From Salpingoeca rosetta (lineage: Eukaryota > Protista > Choanoflagellata): DNA of 64,000 bases. The notes under the pieces were generated by a model, which saw only the letters and a list, made by a program, of their open reading frames with translations, did not search any database and was not told the origin of the DNA. A program made the position numbers and the translations under genes. The DNA is taken from contig JAWQFM010000024.1 of NCBI GenBank assembly GCA_033442325.1, positions 285,436 through 349,435 on the forward strand. The letters run 5' to 3'. Shown piece by piece: positions 51,501 to 64,000 of the stretch. Position 1 is the stretch's first letter, and every line of letters begins with the position of its first letter.

Positions 51501-53411
51501 CGTTGCAGTCAAACGCTTCAGTCGATGATCAAAGGTGGCGATGACGAGCTACTTGACGAAGAAGGTGAACACGCTCCTGCACACACCACATATACACATT
51601 CGCGAACATCCACGCATGTTCATACACATGCGCACACGTGATGATTGCATGCACGCACGTGTTTATGTATCGTTGTCATGGCCTTGTTGCACATACGCGA
51701 CAGGCAACCAACAGCCAACACGTACATGTCCCTCCCGTATGTGTATATGTGTGTGTGTGTGTGTTCGACAGCGGCTGCGAGTGATGCCATCAAGTACGCG
51801 TACAACTACTGCATCCTCGACCCAGAGCACGTGAAGGTACGCGTGCATGCAAGAGCATGCCATGCACACATGCTTTGATTTGACGTGAAACTATAACAGG
51901 AGAAACACACACACACATATGTGTGTGGTTGTGTCGCGATTTGGTCTTTGCGAACAAAATGCATTTCACACACATGCGCGCGTGTGCTCAAGCACCGGCC
52001 TTTCAATCTCATTGTACACATGCACGTGACTGGCGATTGTCTTTCGCTTCAGTATTATCTGAAAGTGTTCAAGGACGTTGATGCGAACGGCGATCACCGA
52101 CTCGATTACAAAGAGGTGAAACGCCCGCCATGCTGTGTGCAAACTATTTGCTGTGTATGTGAGTATGTGTGAGTGTGAGTGTGAGTGTATGTGTGTGTGT
52201 GTGTGTTTGAGTGTATGAGTGGACTTGTGGGCGTGTTTTGAGTACGTTTATGCTAATTTGTGTGCATTGCAGGCGCTTACTTCTTCGTCTCGCCTCATCT
52301 ACACACATGCACGCCGACTCACCTACACCTACACGCACACGCACACGCACACACACACACACTCTCTCTCTCTCTCTGTTTCCGTCTGCAACAGCTTGGC
52401 CGCGGGCTTCGGCAAGTGAACAACCATCTCATCACGAATCGCGAAGTGGACTATGTGCTGCGCGTCTTGGACGTTGTCAACGAAAGCATGGGCAGACAGC
52501 ACAGGGTACGCCGCTGCAATGGTGATGGCGGTGTTTTGTGTGTGTGTGTCTGTGTGTGTGTGTGTCTGTGTTTGTCTGTGTGTGTCTGTGTGTGTCTGTG
52601 TCTGTGTCTGTGTGTGTCTGTGTGTGTGTGTGAGAGGACTGCAGCTTCGTGCTGCACTTGTCAGCACGCAACCCATCTCACATCACCTGCACTGCACCTG
52701 GGTCCTCACAGGAGAACAAGCGTCGCATCAGCTTTCGTCTGTTCTCCGTCATTGCTGCCCTCTCAGAACGCGTCACAAAACTTGACAGGTGCGTTTTATG
52801 TGATAGAGAGTCTGTGTCATTGTATGTGTGTGTCATTGTATGTGTGTGTCATTGTATGTGTGTGTCATTGTGCGCATGTGTGTGTGTGTGTTTCTGTTTG
52901 GGGTTTGAATGCTGTTGCATCTCCCACTTCAGCGTCTCACATCGTTCTTGTTTTTGTTCTGTGTGTGTGTGTGTGTGTGCTTGTACCATTGTGTCATTGC
53001 GCGTTCCACCACCAGTGTTGTGCGCAACAAGATCAACACAATGGATTACCGCGCACTCGAGGAAAAGCTCAAGCACGCCAAACACCTTTTCTACGTCAAC
53101 GATCTCCGCAAGACCGTGCGTTGTTTGTTTTTGTGGTTTTGTGCGGTTTTGTGTTGATGTATTTGTGTGTGCTTGTCTCTGTATGTGCGTGCTTGCACTC
53201 CTCATTTCGCGTTCTGCACCACACTGCGACGTCACCGACAATTGTGGATGCCCATCTTATTCCTCGCCACACACACACACACATGCGCTGCCTCTGCATG
53301 GTACCACCTCTGCAGGGCACCATCAGCATGGAGGCGTTGGAGATTGAGATGCAGGCTGGCAACCTCAAGAGCAGCCACCGCCGCGAGGTGTGTACTTCGT
53401 GCTTGTGTGTG

Positions 53412-53478
<67 letters not shown>

Positions 53479-53913
53479 ACATGTAGTTGTTCGGTGAAGG
53501 ACACTGTTTTTGCACCTCCTTGCCACCTCACCTCACATCATCGCACGCGCATTGATCGTTCTTGCCGCAGGTGATGCAGCAAATCGCGCAGGAAGGCATC
53601 GAGGAGCTGACCTTCCTGGACTATTTGGTGCGCACAAACAAAACATCACACATGCGCATATGCACAGAAACACAATGGACCCCCCCCCACCACACACACA
53701 CACATATGTGTGCGTGCAACCATGAATTCTGCCTTCATCTCTTCGCCACCTCACCTCCTCCCCTCTCCCTCCCACTTCCTGTCCCTCTGCCAGGCGTATA
53801 TTCCTCTCTTCCTGGACATCCATGATGCAATTTTGGACAATCCATTGGACGACTCGCGCAACCGCGACTTTGCGCAATATCGTTCGGGGAAACCCGGTCC
53901 TGTTGGCCTCTGA
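46034..53913 (+). CDS. Large multi-exon uncharacterised protein with C-terminal EF-hand-like region, central CxxC...CxxC motif and Gly/Asp-rich tract (may be two genes; spans a gap)
   Basis: Canonical EF loop DVDANGDHRLDYKE (~52073-52115). Further exons ISFRLFSVIAALSERV, GTISMEALEIEMQAG and LTFLDYL|AYIPLFLDIHDAILDNPL. Continuity of the 5' exons is less certain. Confidence 0.6.
46956..47055. other. Assembly gap (100 N)
   Basis: Run of N. Confidence 1.
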
Positions 53914-55055
53914 TGATGACGTCGTCCGTACACGCACACACACACGCACACGTGGGCGCCAGCGCGCTGCTTGGGGTGTGTTGCGTTTTCTTCTTTCTCT
54001 TGTGAATGCTGTGTCATTGATGTCGATGAGTGACAAAAGCACGTATCCTCTTTTGTCTCTGCTTATTCAGACATACTGCGCCCTTGCGGCGTGTGCGCAG
54101 ATCTAATGCACGCACACGCACACGCACACGCACCGTACACGTGCACACGTGCGCGCTTGCTGGCGCGTGCAAACGCCAGTATGATACTCCATATGTAGTT
54201 GTAGAATTTCGTCGCTCTTCTCATCTGATTTGTGTTGGTGGCAGTGCGTGCGTGGGCTTGCTTATGTATCACCTTGTTCAGCTTTTGTGCTTTCGTCTTC
54301 CTGCGATGACTTTTGTGCTCTAGATTTGTGCTGTCTTGCTTATGATGGAGATCACCGTGATGTGATGTGTGACATGCAGCTTGTCTGCGAGCTTGCATTC
54401 TGTATTCACCATGTCAGTGTGTGCTGCTTGCGTCTTGCGTTTATTGTTCGCATTCACGTTTAAGTAAAACCTCATGTGAGTCAAACGCGCCGCTTTTGCG
54501 AGACAAATCAACAAATTCGGCAAGCACCCAATCACTACCAATCACTCCAGCTAACACACACACACACATGTATTCACAATGGCGCACACATGTACATACA
54601 ATGCAATTCTACTGCACTGGCAAGCTGCTGCTACCATCACCGACAAGTGGTGTGAAATGAACAATAAACAGCTCACGCTGTTCGTATCGAATGGAAAAAA
54701 AATGGACATAACATCATGTGAAACACACGAGCGCCTGGGCACATTGTGCACAGCAGCCATGCATGCACCAACAGACAGCCACGGCTTGCTACTAGTAGAC
54801 AAGAAGAATTCACTCGAGGCGAGCTAACACATACATATACACACATGTTCACACACATGCACTCGTGTGTTCACGCATTCACACAAGTTGCACACACGCG
54901 TGTTCACCACATGTTCACACGCGCGTGTGTGTTTCTCCCTCGGCCCAGACATCCCCTCTACTGCCGACGTCAACATACCACCGCAATGTACAATCCTCCT
55001 TTAAACACGCTCTTAGCTCGCGTATCCAGCCAGCCCTCATTGCTTCACATGCCCA

Positions 55056-59981
<4,926 letters not shown>

Positions 59982-60659
59982 GGTGGATTGGCTACTGTTG
60001 CTTGTTGCTGTGCGACGACGTGAGATCAGGTCAACCTGTGAGACGTGACACGGTGTCCGCACAGGTGTGACGTTGCAGTCGTCAGATGTGATGTAATGCG
60101 TTGGAAGGCGGAAAAGAGAAGTACAGACACAGACACAAAGAAGTAACAGGACTGTGAGATGCAGTCAACATCCAATCCAAGCAAGCTCTTGGTGTTGGTT
60201 GCTTCATGTACACGATCACCACGGCTAAACTGCACACGGTCGAACATGGTTCAGGGTGTGTGACATGATGTGACACCACTCGCACAACTGCTTGGACTGC
60301 CACCAAGAAACAAACGCAGTGCAACAAAACAGAGTGGAGACAACCACTGTGCTATTCACTGCACACACACGCACACATATGTGTACGCACACCCTGCACC
60401 AGGCATCACAACACGAGACAGCGAACAACACCAACACCATCAACAAACAACCACACCTCTCGTGGTGCACCGGTCCTTGCTGCTACGTTGTTGTGGGATG
60501 GATGGTGGTGGGGAAGCGCCAACGAAATGAGAGGCAGGGGGCAATATGAGTGCCCGACATCATAAATTGGGGTGCGCCACAGTGTGTGTGTGTGTGTGTG
60601 TGTGTCTGTGTGTGTCTGTGTGTGTGTGTGTCTGTGTGTGTGTGTGTGTGTGTCTGTGT

Positions 60660-60696
<37 letters not shown>

Positions 60697-60947
60697 TGTG
60701 TGTCTGTGTGTCTCTCTGTGTCTCTGTTTGTCTGTGTGTCTGTGTGTGTCTGTTACGTTAGTCTCTGCGTGTCCTGTCTACACATACACACACACACTCT
60801 CTAACTATGCTCTTCCGCTGTTTCCGCTGTTTCCGCTGTTTTATGGGCGTATCTAAACAAACAACAGGTGAAGAAGCAAAGGGAATGATAAATGCATGAA
60901 GACCAATCAACAACAATAAGCAGCAATGCCCACCCCACGCCCACCCG

Positions 60948-61435
60948 CTATGCGAACGTGTGTCGCGCGTGACGATCGGCGCTACCAGCACGGCTCTCCA
61001 GTGCCGTGCGTATCTCATCGTGGATCCGGCTCATTCGCTCAACGATTTTCTGTCGGCGGTTCAATCGTAATGGGGCAGTCAGCAGCAGGCACAGACGACC
61101 GTGAGCAGACGCGCGCGCGCAGCAACGGGCGCGGGCGATAGCGGCGCACTCAAACCAGGATAAAAAGCCCTCAAACGAAGAGACCACACACACACACACA
61201 CACACGCACACAAGGTGTCTTGCCGCCAAGGTGGCACAAACACACAAGCACACACGCAAAACTGCAAACGTCACCACACAATCACACACACACACATGCG
61301 CATGCAACTGACCCCTTCGAGTTTGCTCGGCGCAAAGATGCCAGTGACCTTGAGATCCATGTGCAACACACACGTCAGCTTTGTTACATTCGACTCTGCA
61401 TGCACCCGTTGCAAGTGAAACCCACTCCCACCTGC

Positions 61436-61529
<94 letters not shown>

Positions 61530-61836
61530 ACGTGAAAAAAACGGGCGAGGGAGGGAGAGAGAGGGAGAGAGAGCATGTGAGTGTGTGTGTGTGGTGTACA
61601 TGTGAGTGAGAGGGTGTGTACATGTGAGTGAGAGAGTGTGTGAGTGCGCTGAAGAAAACAAGGCGTACATTTAGGCAGGGACGACAGCAAAGCAGGCAGC
61701 ATAGCATGATGGGCAAGCCACGACATGCACGAGTGAATGTGACAGCATCAAATACAGATAACGGGTGGCCCGTGCGAACGTACGGTCGTATGCGCGCACA
61801 AAGTTGCGGCGCTTTGGCACAAGCGGATCCCTGCAT

Positions 61837-61897
<61 letters not shown>

Positions 61898-63900
61898 CAC
61901 ACATGTGTGAGATGGTGCAGTAGACGTGCACTCGTTCATGCACTGTGTGCGCTGCTGCACCATCATGACGATGAAAAAATTAAAACACACACACACGCAC
62001 GCACACGCATGAGCATGCCACAAGTCCTACAGCGCACAACACTCACTCGACGCTGTTGAATGCGAGCGTGAATTTGTTGTCGCTGTATTGCCAGGACCGA
62101 ACAACCGTCAAATCACGCGGCGGGCTCTGGAAGTGATGACCAATTGGCGATGAAGTTGATGAGGTGATGGAGTGATGGGTGCGGCGAGTGACGACAACAA
62201 TCGCCGTCTGAGACACAAACTTGTGCGACACAAATACACACAGGCATACCCACACAGAGGCACACAAACAAACCAACAAACAAACCAGCAAACAAACAAA
62301 CCAACAAACAAACAAACAAACAAACAAACAAACAAACAAACAAACAAACAAACAAACAAACAAACAAACAAACAAACAAACAAACAAACAAACAAACAAA
62401 CAAACAAACAAACAAACAAACAAGTACAGGTGTCCACACCGCAATGTAGCTCTTGAGCATGACGTGGACGAGGTCCGTGTGTTTGTCAAACGTGCGCTGC
62501 ACCTGTGATGAGCGCGGCGGCAGACAAGGAAGCACAAGACGCATTAACGGGGGCGTGCATGTCCGTGTGCGTTTGAGTTGAGCCATAGGCAGTGTTCTCT
62601 TCGTCTGGCACGCGTTGGCACGACAACGTCAGCACACGCGCGCATGCCCGCACAAATGTATAAACAAATCAAACCGAAAACAGCACAACCGCAACACACT
62701 CACACACAACACAAACACAAACACAAACACAAACACAAACACAACACAGCATGTGCACACCTTCATGCTCTGCCAGAGAGAGGAGCGAGCGCAGACTTCG
62801 TCAAAGTCGTCGTGCAGAAATCGAAACAGCATCTCGGGGGAGGACCAAACAAGCCCTGGCAAACACATGGAGCGGCAGAAGAGAGAGAGAGAGAGATAAA
62901 GATGAGACAGAAGTCCTCGCCCGCAGTCCAGAGGTTGGAAGGACGTGGAAACCGAGAGAGGAGAAGAGTTGGATAGTGTACACCACACAGACACGCGCAC
63001 GATTTCACGCACACGCACACAACACAAATGCATGCACACACATGCGCACACGCATACACATAATTGCGCACGACACGGGTCGCACCTTCGCACTTGTAGA
63101 TGGGCGTCTTGTTGTTGCTGCTGCTGCCTGCAAGCACAGACACGGTCACGCCATTCTGCGATGTGTGTGTGTGTGTGTGTGTGTGTAAGTCAGATGATAT
63201 CCATGCAGGGTCACGTTGGAATGGCAGTCATACGTTTCAACAACAAACACACAATCACACACAAACATACATCGGCACCGTCGTCACCATCATTCGCGTC
63301 AGTGTCATGTGCTGCACCTTATCAAAGAGATTTCGCCACATGCTGACACCGTTTGTGTTTCTGTCGTGTGTTGCAAAACGCTCCACGTCGCTCACAGCAT
63401 TCTGCCCGCGCAGTATCATGTGCTGCGCCTGCAAACAGGTATGAGGGTTGCGTGAACATGTGCGTTGTGTGTTGTGATGTGTGTTGTGTTGTGATGTGTA
63501 TTGTGATGTGTGTTGTGATGTGTGTATGTGTCAGTGAGACGTGTACAATGTGAATACATTGTGGCGTGCATGGCTCGACACACAAAAACGCATTTGCTCA
63601 CGATGGTGCTGGTCGCTGCGAGCGGGAACTGCTCAAATGACGCCTGAGTGGACGGCGCAGTCTGGGACTCTTCCTCCTCCTGTGCACCATGTTGTGCGTG
63701 TGTTTGTTTGTGTATGTTTGTGTATGTTTGTGAGCTAATGAGAAGGAGGGTGTGCACGTGTGCGAGGCTTAATTAAGCAGTCAATGCAAGCACACATACA
63801 CGGCAGCAGCACCACCACAGCAGCATGGGCTGACCGCCTGCTGGTAGAAGGCGTCTGCTGCCTCGCTCGGCGGCGTGCGGAACAGCGGCGAATCCGGCCT
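60948..63900 (-). CDS. START (lipid-binding) domain protein, 3' part; 5' end beyond window
   Basis: Exons NGVTVSVL...PIYKCEG; SPEMLFRFLHDD; VQRTFDKHTDLVH; PPRDLTVVRSW...FTLAFNSVE; DPLVPKRRNFVRA; GSGFHL...TKLTCVLHMDLK, the typical START motif order. Confidence 0.72.
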
Positions 63901-64000
63901 GCACGCATGTCAGGCATCAAGTAATCATCAGCGGAATAGATGGATGGCTGGATGGATGGATTGATTTTGGAAGTGAGACTCGTGGAGTGTTGCTCATGAG

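Overview
Eukaryotic, intron-rich and microsatellite-dense genomic DNA with two assembly gaps. Composition and gene content suggest a choanoflagellate, probably Salpingoeca rosetta or a relative; this is inferred, not searched. Most ORFs in the supplied track are artefacts of (CA)/(GT) repeats, so genes were rebuilt by hand from exons joined at GT-AG sites. In order, the window holds: the 5' end of a probable secreted protein (-); tRNA-Glu(TTC) followed by two 188-bp tandem 5'-altered copies; a PD-(D/E)xK-like nuclease + protein-kinase gene with Crinkler/RHS-effector-like architecture; NCOA5-like; CFAP97-like; SLC25A11; TRAPPC1; a three-repeat Myb; an ET-domain + atypical GATA-finger protein; a FadJ/HADHA-type enzyme ending in a PTS1 signal; ORC5; threonine dehydratase; a large EF-hand protein; ataxin-7/Sgf73; and the 3' part of a START-domain gene. 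The most interesting signals are: (1) a window-wide, transcript-oriented repeat polarity in introns (G/T-rich repeats after donors, complementary A/C-rich repeats before acceptors, often with no polypyrimidine tract), a possible microsatellite-based splicing code; (2) the nuclease-kinase gene next to a tRNA-derived tandem array; (3) the ET-GATA fusion; and (4) E2F sites upstream of Myb and ORC5.
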